A DNA stretch of 64,000 nt. Origin: Macrostomum lignano. Lineage: Eukaryota. The stretch is taken from the NCBI GenBank assembly GCA_002269645.1, contig NIVC01001300.1, positions 1 to 64,000 on the forward strand, in the 5' to 3' direction. This document shows, piece by piece, positions 50,535-62,190 of this stretch. The position numbers and the translations under genes are program-made. The notes beneath the pieces were generated by a model. It made no database searches. It was not told the origin of the DNA and saw only the letters and a program-made list of their open reading frames with translations. Position 1 is the first letter of the stretch. Each line of letters opens with the position of its first letter.

Positions 50535-50810
50535 TCCGATTTGCCACCTCCCTGATGTCCGATTTGCCACCTCCCTGATGTCCGATTTGCCACCTCCCTG
50601 ATGTCCGATTTGCCACCTCCTTGATGTCCGATTTAATTGCCACCTCCCTGATGTCCGATTTAATTGCCACCTCCCTGATGTCCGATTTTCCACCTCCCTG
50701 ATGTCCGATTTTCCACCTCCCTGATGTCCGATTTGCCACCTCCCTGATGTCCGATTTGCCACCTCCCTGATGTCCGATTTTCCACCTCCCTGATGTCCGA
50801 TTTGCCACTA
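50535..50810. repeat. 23/27-bp minisatellite, copy B counterpart of 37610-38560
   Basis: Direct reading. Confidence 0.95.
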
Positions 50811-51696
50811 TCCTAGAGTTCAGTAAATGTATAGTTCACAGAGAAATTATATCAATGCAAGCCAACAGTTTTAAGGCCAAATTATGCTAAATTTTATTCG
50901 TTCTGGGCGTCAGTCACAATTTTGGCAGTTTGGTGTGTGACTTTGAATTTAGCGAGTGGGTCCGTGGCGATTTAGGTCATAAATATTATTTACACTAATT
51001 GATAATATCGGCCAAAATCAAATTCAAACAAAATAACTCACTGCAAAAATGTCAGACACATGTACATGTAGATACACATATAGATTTGGTTTATATTTAA
51101 ATAGAATCTAAACTACATGTAGATAAACAAAATAGTATAGGGCTATATTGCTTGACACTTATTGCTGTATCAGTTGGTCAAAGAGAATTGGCTTCTGCTG
51201 CAGGGCAGCGCTGTACATTGCTGGCGAAATTAATGTACATAGTCACTACGGCAGCTCTCTTACCCTGCGATTAACTTTGAAACCACCAGCAATTTCATAT
51301 AAGCTATTTACTGCAAAAATTCCAACTGAAATTCACCAGCAGAAAATATCTTGATATTGAAGATTTCGCAGTATAGCATAATTGAAGGTAAGTTAAAAAA
51401 GTAATGAAATTTTTGCTGTAACGTATAATTTTAATGTTATTTGTACTTCAAAAAGTCAATGGTATCGTAATATAAGAACGATATACTATATAAGATATAT
51501 ATAATATTTCCCACAATTTCCCCTGTCTATGGCAAAAGAGTACATTCGTGCAAACGTCACTCAAATATTAAAATAAATTTGGCGATTTTAAATGGAAATT
51601 TTAGTACTCGTAATTATACATGTAGCTGTCATTAAAACAAACGTTTATTAAAATCCGCAACAACCCTCATATGCATACACAGAGAGAGCCGACGCA

Positions 51697-54023
51697 ATGA
51701 GACTTATCGCTTGTCTAGTCCTAGCCTTGGCCAGCTCGCTATCAATCACCGAAGCTGTCACTCCCATAGTGCTATGGCACGGCATGGGTGACAGCTGCTG
51801 CAACCCGCTGTCTCTGGGCGCCATCCAGCGCATGCTAGAGAAGCAGCTGCCTGGGGTGTACGTCTACTCGGTGCAGATCGGCAACAACATGGTTGAAGAC
51901 ATCGAGAACGGGTTCCTGTCCAACGCCAACAAGCAGGTGGAACAGGTGTGCCAGACAATCAGAGCCAATCCCAAACTGAAGGGCGGCTACAACTCCATCG
52001 GTTTCTCGCAGGGAGCTCAGTTTCTGCGCGCCCTGGTGCAGCGCTGCCCCAATCCGCCAATGCGCAACTTGGTGTCCATCGGCGGCCAGCACCAGGGTGT
52101 GTACGGTTTCCCCAGGTGTCCGGGCACCAATGTAACGCTGTGCAACTATGTCCGCGAGCTGCTCAATCTGGGAGCTTACGTGAGCTTCGTACAGAACAAG
52201 TGAGCTCAGACCTCAGATTCTATTTTATGGGGTGTCATTTAATTGGACAAGGCCCCAGTTTATTAGCGAGGCCCCAGTTCATTAGCGAGGCCCCAGTTCA
52301 TTAGCGAGGCCCCAGTTCATTAGCGAGGCCCCAGTTCATTAGCGAGGCCCCAGTTCATTAGCGAGGCCCCAGTTCATTAGCGAGGCCCCAGTTCATTAGC
52401 GAGGCCCCAGTTCATTAGCGAGGCCCCAGTTCATTAGCGAGGCCCCAGTTCATCAGATGAGGCGCCAGATCATTGGCTGAGGTGCCAGTTGATTAGATGA
52501 GGCATTAATTCTTTTGATGAAGCGCCAGTTCAATGAATTCGGCGCCAGTTCATTGGATGAGGCGCCAGTTGATTGGAAGAGGCGCCAGTTCATTGGAAGA
52601 GGCGCCAGTTCATTGGAAGAGGCGCCAGTTGATTAGATGGGGCGCCAGTTCATTGTATTTGGCGCCAAATCATTGGCTGAGGCGCCAGTTGATTGAAGAG
52701 GCGCCAGTTCATTGTATTTGGCGCCAGATCATTGGCTGAGGCGCCAGTTGATTGGATGAGGCGCCAATTCGTTGAATAAGTTCTGCACTGTATGAAGAAT
52801 CACGATATCAATGCACAAGGGATTTGCCTGCCTATAAACTATAACATAATTAATCATATTCAAATCCACTCCAGCCTCATCCAAGCCCAATACTGGCACG
52901 ATCCATTAAACGAAGAGGAATATAAGCAGAAATCAATTTTCATCGCCGACATCAACAATGAATTGGTATGACATATCAATGTGTACTTTTCTACACAGAC
53001 AACAAAAGTACATTTTACTTCAATTTGATTTAAAACTTCAGACTGTAAACCGGACTTACGCGGCCAATCTGCAAACCCTGAAAAATCTGGTGCTGGTGAA
53101 GTTCCTCAGCGACAGCATGGTGCAGCCGCGGGAGAGCGAGTGGTTCGGGTTCTATCAGCCTGGCCAGGACAAGATGGTGCTGCCATTGCGAAATACCACT
53201 CTGTACACTCAGGTGAGGGACTTGTTATTTAAGTACGTGTATTGTTTATGGTAATTTAAACTGATTAAAGATTTGAATTGCTCCCTCTGATTTTGTAGTG
53301 AACTGAAGCTCATGGAGTGACTGGATTTGGGAGTGAACTGACGTAGCTCATGGAGTGACTGGATTTGGGAGTGAACTGAAGCTCATGGAGTGACTGGATT
53401 TGGGAGTGAACTGAAGCTCATGGAGTGACTGGATTTGGGAGTGAACTGAAGCTCATGGAGTGACTGGATTTGGGAGTGAACTGAAGCTCATGGAGTGACT
53501 GGATTTGGGAGTGAACTGAAGCTCATGGAGTGACTGGATTTGGGAGTGAACTGAAGCTCATGGAGTGACTGGATTTGGGAGTGAACTGAAGCTCATGGAG
53601 TGACTGGATTTGGGAGTGAACTGAAGCTCATGGAGTGACTTGATTTTGTAGTGAACTGAAGCTCATGGAGTGACTGGATTTGGGAGTGAACTGAAGCTCA
53701 TGAAGTGACTGGATTTGGGAGTGAACTGAAGCTCATGGAGTGACTGGATTTGGGAGTGAACTGAAGCTATGGAGTGACTTGATTTTACTTGATAGCTAGC
53801 TACATGAACTTTATTGGACACAAAACAAAGGAAAGGTTGAAGTAGAATATGGTGCAATACATAAAAATGAATAAAATATTTTGCAAATTATCAGGATCGT
53901 CTGGGTCTGAAAGCGATGGATGCTGCCGGCAAGCTGAAGTTCCTGGCCTGCGAGGGCGACCACCTGCAGTTTACGGACACCTGGTTTACTCAGAACATCG
54001 TCAAGCCATACCTCTCCAACTGA
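51697..54023 (+). CDS. PPT1: Palmitoyl-protein thioesterase 1. Exons 51697-52199, 52875-52965, 53042-53212 and 53895-54023
   Basis: Signal peptide; [14 protein letters not shown]; nucleophile GFSQG; [13 protein letters not shown]; QAQYWHDP; catalytic Asp in KFLSDSMV; ESEWFGFY; DRLGLK; catalytic His in EGDHLQF. Splice phases are consistent and the frame is intact. Confidence 0.97.
52250..52775. repeat. 19-20-bp intronic minisatellite (GAGGCCCCAGTTCATTAGC)n grading into a diverged GAGGCGCCAGTT variant
   Basis: PPT1 intron 1. Confidence 0.93.
53295..53785. repeat. 35-bp intronic minisatellite (GTGAACTGAAGCTCATGGAGTGACTGGATTTGGGA)n, ~14 copies
   Basis: PPT1 intron 3. Confidence 0.95.
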
Positions 54024-54714
54024 AGGCAAACAAGAAACTATATTTAAAAAAACTTATTTACGCCAATAAGACTTCAGAATTGGTAACTTCAGTACGAGCT
54101 TCAGGTGATTTGATTCCTTGAGTAATCGATAGTTAATAGTTTTTCGAATCTTTTCCTAGTACAAAAAGTTGAACTTTTCATTCAGTAATGACCGAATTTT
54201 TTTATCTATGGAGCTGCTGCATGCTTTATACAGTTTCAGCTTTCAGGCGGGAAATTTATATTTTTACTAATAAAGAATAAAATCCCTGAAGACCCTACTA
54301 AGAGTAACATTTTCGATAACACTGTAGGTAGAAACAATAAGCAGGAAATTTAAATATGGTTTTATTCAATATATTCGTTATTTAGATAATCCTTTGGAAA
54401 ATTACGCAAATCTGTTTGTTGAATCCTGATTTTGAAATTGTGTAAACTAACAGTATACTAATTGAATTAAAATTTAATTTAAATGTTTCGTAATGCAAAT
54501 TCGACCTTAGAACTGAGTCCGAATTTCGACAGGAAACAACGGTGACAACCATTTGTCAAACATAGCCAGTAGGACTCAAGTCTGAGTCTGAAGGCGCTCG
54601 CCAAAAAAGGAATCTAAAGGCTTTTTTACATGTAGATTTGACACAGATGCTGCTGCTGTATAGGACCATACATTTAAGTGAAATTAACGTTTTCGCACAC
54701 CCGAAAGTGATAAA

Positions 54715-55495
54715 AAAATGCCGCACACTGGGAGTGACACAAATGATGCCGCACACCGGAAGTGACACAAATGATGCCGCACACCGGAAGTGACACAAGT
54801 GATGCCGCACACCGGGAGTGACACAAATGATGCCACACACCGGAAGTGACACAAGTGATGCCGCACACCGGAAGTGACACAAGTGATGCCGCACACCGGA
54901 AGTGACACAAGTGATGCCGCACACCGGAAGTGACACAAGTGATGCCGCACACCGGAAGTGACACAAATGATGCCGCACACCGGAAGTGACACAAGTGATG
55001 CCACACACCGGAAGTGACACAAATGATGCCGCACACCGGAAGTGACACAAATGATGCCGCACACCGGAAGTGACACAAATGACGCCGCACATCGGAAGTG
55101 ACACAAATGATGCCGCACACCGGAAGTGACACAAGTGATGCCGCACACCGGAAGTGACACAAATAATGACGCACACCGGAAGTGACACAAATGATGCCGC
55201 ACACCGGAAGTGACACAAATGATGCCGCACACCGGAAGTGACACAAGTGATGCCACACACCGGAAGTGACACAAATGATGCCGCACACCGGAAGTGACAC
55301 AAATGATGCCGCACACCGGAAGTGACACAAATGACGCCGCACATCGGAAGTGACACAAATGATGCCGCACACCGGAAGTGACACAAGTGATGCCGCACAC
55401 CGGAAGTGATAAAAAATGCCGCACACTGGGAGTGACACAAGTGATGCCGCACACCGGAAGTGACACAAGTGATGCCGCACACCGGAAGTGACACG
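54715..55495. repeat. 28-bp minisatellite (GATGCCGCACACCGGAAGTGACACAAAT)n, ~28 copies
   Basis: Direct reading. Confidence 0.96.
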
Positions 55496-55884
55496 CCGAT
55501 AGGATCCCTAGGGTCAAAATGAAAATTACAGACAAAAATACTAAATGTAAGCCAAAAAGATCAACATATAAATTGCGCTGTGCACAGAGCTACATGTAAT
55601 CGTGTTATTCAACAAGTTTATTGTAAAACTATCAGTCAATTGCGCTGACGCGTCATACACATAGCGAGTGCCAGATAAGCTTACGAATTTTAAATAATGA
55701 TTGCGCTTATTATTACGTTTATAAATATGTTAGTGAATATGATAAAACATGAAAAATACAGCTTTAATAAGTTTCATGGTACTAAAAAAGCATGCAGATA
55801 TGAAAATAACGTACGGTATAGTTCTATGGTTGAATCAGATAGAGAATGAGTGCTATGACGGGTTTAGAACCCAACGGGGATTCC

Positions 55885-56882
55885 CCCAACAAGGGGGAAT
55901 CAGGATCTGATAGGGAATTTCGGGCAGATTATGAACCCCACATCCACAACCCCAACAAGGGGGAATCAGGATCTGATAGGGAATTTCGGGCAGATCATGA
56001 ACCCCACATCCACAACCCCACATGGGGGAATCAGGATCTGATAGGGAATTTCGGGCAGATCATGAACCCCACATCCACAACCCCACATGGGGGAATCAGG
56101 ATCTGATAGGGAATTTCGGGCAGATTATGAACCCCACATCCACAACCCCCATGGGGGAATCAGGATCTGATAGGGAATTTCGGGCAGATCATGAACCCCA
56201 CATCCACAACCCCACATGGGGGAATCAGGATCTGATAGGGAATTTCGGGCAGATTATGAACCCCACATCCACAACCCCACATGGGGGAATCAGGATCTGA
56301 TAGGGAATTTCGGGCAGATCATGAACCCCACATCCACAACCCCACATGGGGGAATCAGGATCTGATAGGGAATTTCGGGAAGATCATGAACCCCACATCC
56401 ACAACCCCAACAAGGGGGAATCAGGATCTGATAGGGAATTTCGGGCAGATCATGAACCCCACATCCACAACCCGACATGGGGGAATCAGGATCTGATAGG
56501 GAATTTCGGGCAGATCATGAACCCCACATCCACAACCCCACATGGGGGAATCAGGATCTGATAGGGAATTTCGGGCAGATCATGAACCCCACATCCACAA
56601 CCCCCATGGGGGAATCAGGATCTGATAGGGAATTTCGGGCAGATCATGAACCCCACATCCACAACCCCACATGGGGGAATCAGGATCTGATAGGGAATTT
56701 TGGGCAGATCATGATTCCCACATGGGGGAATCAGGATCCGATAGGGAATTTCGGGCAGATCATGAACCCCACATGGGGGAATCAGGATCCGATAGGGAAT
56801 TTCGGGGAGTATCATGAGGGGAATCGGGATCCGATAGGGAATTTCGGGGAGTATCATGAGGGGAATCGGGATCCGATAGGGA
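55885..56882. repeat. 65/66-bp minisatellite (GGGGAATCAGGATCTGATAGGGAATTTCGGGCAGATCATGAACCCCACATCCACAACCCCACATG)n, ~15 copies decaying at the 3' end
   Basis: Direct reading. Confidence 0.95.
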
Positions 56883-57149
56883 CTTAAGTGAGCAATATGA
56901 ACGCTAATAGCTATCTATTGAAATTTTATCGCTAGAGGTTAAAAATACTTTTTAAAAATATTATTTGCAAGATTATTGACATTTTTATACACAAAACTTG
57001 AAGCAGCATGAGAGCCAGCCCCGAAATCTAACTATGCTAAATTTACACGTGAATGAACATCGAATTGATAGAAACCTATCTATGAAAACGCACAGAACCT
57101 GAGATTAGCCAGAGAAGATGGGAGATACAAAAAATTCAATTCCCCAGCA

Positions 57150-57869
57150 TCATGCCACAGCCCCATCATCGCATCTGTGCCCGTCTGAGTCCATTCGGTG
57201 CAGCAGAGTTCGCTCCATTCGATGCCTCATCCGACGGAATCTACGAATTTCCATCGCCAGAGCGACAGTTAACAAACAAGCAGTTACCATGGCAACGGAT
57301 AGAGAGGCTAGCAGACAAGCTCGAGACCAGATTAGCGGCGCTTCAATGCTACTACTACTGGCGATGCGGCTAGACTGAGTAGTATAGTTAGCACCGGAAG
57401 CGATCTCATTTAGCAGGGGTGGGTCACCGCACGCAGCTTCCTGGCTGACTGATGAAGCCAAACTGTGACGCAGCAGGATGATCCCGGTTGCTAAGCAACC
57501 CGGAGGGCAGGCCAACCCTAGCAACAGGCTAGCAACTAGACAAGGCGGTACTTTAACAGCAGTACTTGCTATATGGAGTTTTCTTCTTGACAAGTTCACC
57601 ATGGCAACCAAGCTGGCAACAACAAGCAGCAGTCCTGTGACCAAGCCAACAGCTACCAGACTGTCGTCAGAGGAGCCGCCTCCTAAACTGTGAATTAGCA
57701 ACTGGCATCCGGCTATAATGAAGCCACATAGAAGCTGGACAGGACAGGCTAGGTAGAATATAAGACACTTGATTGATTTACAAGAGTTTCCAATGCGACC
57801 TGCAGAGCCGCTTTCGATAATTGGTGGCATATCGGAAAGATCATGAATTAAAGTATTTTCAAGGCTCAT
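57150..57869 (-). CDS. Putative multi-pass (~4 TM) membrane protein, 239 aa from Met 57869
   Basis: Long non-repetitive ORF with four hydrophobic segments, each followed by polar or basic stretches. No family recognised. Confidence 0.6.
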   Translation of the reverse strand: MSLENTLIHDLSDMPPIIESGSAGRIGNSCKSIKCLIFYLACPVQLLCGFIIAGCQLLIHSLGGGSSDDSLVAVGLVTGLLLVVASLVAMVNLSRRKLHIASTAVKVPPCLVASLLLGLACPPGCLATGIILLRHSLASSVSQEAACGDPPLLNEIASGANYTTQSSRIASSSSIEAPLIWSRACLLASLSVAMVTACLLTVALAMEIRRFRRMRHRMERTLLHRMDSDGHRCDDGAVA

Positions 57870-57924
57870 TACTGCCCATTCCGCCGACTCACCTGAGCAG
57901 GCACACACAGCAAGTACAGCCGCC

Positions 57925-58060
57925 CTATAACTTTATTTATCGGTAGCCTTGGTGCCTGGCCCTTAAGGGCGTTAATTGCACGAACAGACCCCAGCCGAGA
58001 TTTCAATATAGCCCGAAATTAATGCAAATGCACTTGAAATAAGAGCGCAAGCTCAGCCGC
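57925..58060 (-). mobile_element. Diverged, headless copy of the SINE at 10965-11258
   Basis: Shares GCCCT..AACTTTATTT.ATCG, GTTAATTGCACGA.CAGA, AAATTAATG and TGCACTTG with 11060-11200. Confidence 0.6.
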
Positions 58061-58064
58061 AGCT

Positions 58065-58296
58065 ATTGCGCGGCGCATCTGAAGGCTGCGTACGGCTGTT
58101 CAGTCCAAGGACTGGGGGTCGCCACACACCCTCAATTACCTCAGCTAATGCTGGCACCCATTTTACAGCTGATTGAACCGAAGCAATGCAGAGTTAAGTA
58201 ATCTTGCTCAAGGATACAAATTGTTCCAGTGGGATAGGGAATCGAACCCCCAACCTTCAAGTCGAGAATCGGACGCTCCAACCACTAGGCTACAAC
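58065..58296 (-). mobile_element. tRNA-derived SINE with CORE-like central domain
   Basis: A box TAGCCTAGTGG (58292-58282), B box GGTTCGATTCC (58248-58238), then TGTATCCTTGAGCAAGATTACTTAAC...CAGCTGTAAAATGGG, resembling the MIR CORE TGTGACCTTGGGCAAGT.ACTTAAC...CATCTGTAAAATGGG. Confidence 0.78.
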
Positions 58297-58429
58297 CCCA
58301 AAAAATAGCAATAAAACAACCGAGTCAAAATCTGCAAGTTAAAAATAGGAAAAAATGCCGTTTTATTTCAATCATTACTCGATCGCAGTTATCAAAGCTT
58401 TACTGTCAATTGCCAAACAAAGACCAGTG

Positions 58430-59029
58430 TTACTTAGCGGAACCAGTAGTGGACACAAGGATTTCTCTGAGACTCTGATTGAACCGCTTAAAGTCGAGCT
58501 CTCTAGCCAGAGCCAGCTGTTTCTGTTGTCGCTTATCTTTAGCCTGAGACGCTTCGGCTTGTTTATCGATCGCTTTATTACCTCGGCCACCTTTAATTAG
58601 ACCGGCCGACTTGTAGGTCGCGAGTTCGCGCTCCAATTCCACTGTAGCTTGTTGAAGCAAAGTGCGATATTTTTTCAATCGAAGTTTAGCCGATTGTTTT
58701 TCGGCTGAGTTGGCCTCTGCAGCGGCGGCTGACTCAACAAGCCGATCGGTTCGAGACTTGACCAGCTTCTTTCGCAGGGTCAGCTCTCGCTTAGCCAGTT
58801 CGCGTCGTTTCTCTGCCCTGCGCCTGCGAGCGACTCCGATGTTGCTGCTTCTAATAGCAGTTGTGTTAGCGGAAGATTTCTTTACGCTAGACTTTGACGC
58901 CTCCGTGTCCTCAGCGTCGCTCCATCCGTCATCCTGACAACTGGCTTCTTTGCTGTTGGCGCTACTAAAAGCTGTTAGGGCTTTTCGCAGCAAAGCGGAA
59001 CCAGCTGATTTCTGCGGTTGTTGAGACAT
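58430..59029 (-). CDS. RPS19BP1: Basic coiled-coil protein, probable AROS/RPS19BP1 (active regulator of SIRT1) homologue, 199 aa
   Basis: N-terminal SALLRKAL and C-terminal RGNKAIDK...LDFKRF match the AROS hallmark motifs (SAALLRRGL; RGRKACDR...EDFQKF). Single exon, Lys/Arg-rich. Confidence 0.6.
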   Translation of the reverse strand: MSQQPQKSAGSALLRKALTAFSSANSKEASCQDDGWSDAEDTEASKSSVKKSSANTTAIRSSNIGVARRRRAEKRRELAKRELTLRKKLVKSRTDRLVESAAAAEANSAEKQSAKLRLKKYRTLLQQATVELERELATYKSAGLIKGGRGNKAIDKQAEASQAKDKRQQKQLALARELDFKRFNQSLREILVSTTGSAK

Positions 59030-60671
59030 GAATTTTTATACGATCAAAAAGGTCAAGCACCCTTTAAGACATTCGATTCTTCACGTCTATGAAGCGTAGC
59101 TAGCCTATATAAGTCACTGAGACTTATTAGTTAAAAGATTCTACAAGGGCCATCTGCTTGGGATAGTGATCGTTTGCGTATAGCTTTTCAGCTTAAAGAG
59201 CAACATTTAGTGCTTCACATGACCTTCTCGCTGTCTACTGCTAGGCCATCGATGAGCTGCCTGGGAAGTTGGCGACGGTGATCGTCCTCAAGGGATTAAT
59301 ATTTTGCATAAAAATGCGTCTCAGCTTGAAACTGACTGTAAGAATAAATCCTTGCGGCCATAGACAAGTTTTTTCTCGGGTAGTATTCAGGTCGAAATTG
59401 CAGTACACTTTATTGGACCTCGTCACTTAATAATGAGCTAGAACTCAGCAACGGAATGACCCAGACCCAGAGAAGACACGGCAGCGGAGGTGCATCGAAA
59501 GCTATACCATTCCCGGTGGTTTGCCCAATTATTGAAGAAGGGTGACGAATCAATGAAAAACAAAAGGCGCTCTAGTCTCCCCCCTGAGCTCGATCTTCAG
59601 CAGCTGAAACTGCTCATAAAAAACTCAGCCAAATTTCACGACTAGTGAAACTGCTGAGCACTTCAAGGTCTCAGTCATGATCATTGACTGCGGCCTTCAT
59701 CAAATCAGAACCACCCGAATGACGTGACGTTCAAAGATCTTTCTTACAATCTTTTCCTAGAAATCTTAACGATTGAAACTAAGAAAAAGTTTAAATAAAA
59801 AAAGAACAATAGTTTTGATAAGTTAGCAAACACCACTTTACTGAGTATATATTTCATTAATACCAATTAATCACCTCACAGTAGTTGACAGTTTTATAAA
59901 ACCGTATAAATTATTCGTTGTGACCATCTATACCTACTACAGGAATGGAAAATGGTAAATAAAGCTGAAATTAACAAAATATAGTTTTTGCTGGTCGAAG
60001 TAGGTCACATTTATATGCGACACGACCACTGTAAAATAAAAGGCATGGATTAAAACTATGAATGCCAATTATGGTTCTGCATATGATATTCAGGAGTGTT
60101 TCAACAGTTGCTCCGACACAGATAGAAAGACAAAATGCTGAATAAGTTGTGAATTTATGAATTTGTGAATTCGAATCGGGTGATAGTGCTGATTAAAACA
60201 AGAAATTAAATGAAATGAAAATAGAAAAATCACAGATACAAAATTTATCAGAAAATTACTGAAATTAAAAAACACATGGAATTGCTGATATAATTGTGAC
60301 ACTTTTGCTTTGCACTAATGTAAGCTTTTTCCCGTTGCAAAATATGACATATGATATTACTACACGTACGCTTGTACAATGCTTTGTTTTAAATATATCA
60401 AATATATTTAGCTTGTAATCCAGTAAGTTCATTTTGTAATCAATTATAAAACAATCAGATAAAAATCTATTTGATAGATGTTAACTACTTATGAATAGAT
60501 TCTTACGGTAATTGATAATAGAAAACAATTCATTAAAACAAAAATAATATACAATATATGACCCAGGCAAAGTATCAAATGGCACGAATGGACCCGTTAG
60601 TAACAAAGCAAAGCCAGATGTCTTCAAGATTTTCAATTATTTTCAGCTAGGAGGATTGCGACAGATCATTC

Positions 60672-60994
60672 TCAGCCCAATTTGTCCAGACTGTCTGGTG
60701 CAGAGAAGTACCTGTCATCGTTGGCACTATTAGCACAACCAGCCTGTGCTGAGACTTTACCTTCTTGAGTGCTACAGCTGAAATAGAAAAAAAAGAATTG
60801 TTATTTTGCGATTTTTTTACCACAGTAAAACTTAAAAAAAAACAGCATGGCATAGACAAAATGATTATGTTTAAACGTTTTTGCAATGTTAAAAAAATTA
60901 CCTTGGCTGGAGTTTGACTTCAGTTTTGTTCTTCAACTTCTTTCGTAACTGATTTCCATGACAAGTTGTCATTTCATCATCGTACATGCGGAAC
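60672..60994 (-). CDS. Probable last two coding exons (60994-60902, 60777-60672) of an unidentified minus-strand gene
   Basis: CTCCAG|G acceptor, AG|GTAATT donor and TTTCAG|C acceptor. Phases join to FRMYDDEMTTCHGNQLRKKLKNKTEVKLQPSCSTQEGKVSAQAGCANSANDDRYFSAPDSLDKLG*. Confidence 0.4.
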
Positions 60995-61034
60995 CTGGAG
61001 GGTAATTAAGTTAAGCAATAACTAGTGTGCATCG

Positions 61035-61235
61035 GACACAACCCACCTGCATCTCAGACACAACCCACCTGTATCCCACAGACACAACCCACCTGTATCC
61101 CACAGACACAACCCACCTGTATCCCACAGACACAACCCACCTGTATCCCACAGACACAACCCACCTGTATCCCACAGACAGACACAACCCACCTGTATCC
61201 CACAGACACAACCCACCTGTATCCCACAGACACAA
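61035..61235. repeat. 24-bp minisatellite (CACAGACACAACCCACCTGTATCC)n
   Basis: Direct reading. Confidence 0.94.
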
Positions 61236-61744
61236 CTACTATATGAACCCGTAAGGCTTGATTTTGGAGGTGAGGTGGGTGTCAACCCTCCTCGCCTCTC
61301 ATTGGCTGGCGCCCCGATCACTAGGTGATCGATACCCGTATCGATATCGGCGCTCGGCGCGCGCGCGCGCCGCAGGCGCCAAGCGCCGCAGGCGCACCCT
61401 CCCGATATTAGATCCCAATAAATCAATCAGATCCCAAATCAATCAGATCCCAAGCGCACCCTCCAGAGCAGCAGGCGTCCATGCCGCAGGCGCCCCTCCC
61501 CGCCGCACGCGCCCTCCCCCGACATGTATGCCGCAGGCGCCCTCCCCGCCTCAGGCGCCCCTCCCGATATGTATGCGCACTCTCCCTATATGTACACCGA
61601 TATGTATGCAGCAGGCGCCCCGAGTGTACACTCTCCCGATATGTGTGTACACCGATATGTAGTCATCGATACGGGCCTCTTCCCCTCTCTCACCTACATC
61701 TCAACTAGCGAAATCGAACCCAGGTCGCGCCCATACTAGGACAC

Positions 61745-62190
61745 TACACGGTTGTGGGGTATAGGGAGCGAGAAGTTTCAACCCTAACGCTGACGCAGCC
61801 CTGTACAATGAGCGTGTACGGGCAGAAAGGGGGGGGTGGACAGAGAGACGGCCACTAGGTTATTATACTGTTGAAGCATAGAGAGCGAGAAGTTTCAACC
61901 CTAACGCTGACGCAGCCCTGTACAATGAGCGTGTACGAGCAGAAAGGGGGGGGGTGGACAGAGAGACGGCCACTAGGTTATTATACTGTTGAAGCATAGA
62001 GAGCGAGAAGTTTTAACCCTGATGCTGACGCAGCCCTGTACAGTGAGAGTGTACGGGCAGAGAGGGGTGGGTGGACAGAGAACCAGCCACTAGGTTGTTA
62101 TACTGTTGAAGCATAGGGAGCGAGAAGTTTTAACCCCGATGCTGACGCAGCCCTGTACACTGAGCGTGTACGGGCAGAGGGTGGGTGGAA
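61745..62190. repeat. ~117-bp tandem repeat, ~3.7 copies
   Basis: GCGAGAAGTTT recurs at 61768, 61885, 62003 and 62120. Confidence 0.92.

Larger units (their letters stand above)
47145..50810 (+). repeat. Segmental duplication, cassette copy B
   Basis: Collinear with 34515-38560; carries extra insertions (solo LTR; 15-bp array region). Confidence 0.92.

Noticed and set aside
53295-56882. CRISPR-like appearance of the 28-65 bp repeat arrays
   Set aside because: Units are directly adjacent with no unique spacers, there are no cas genes, and the context is eukaryotic and intronic.
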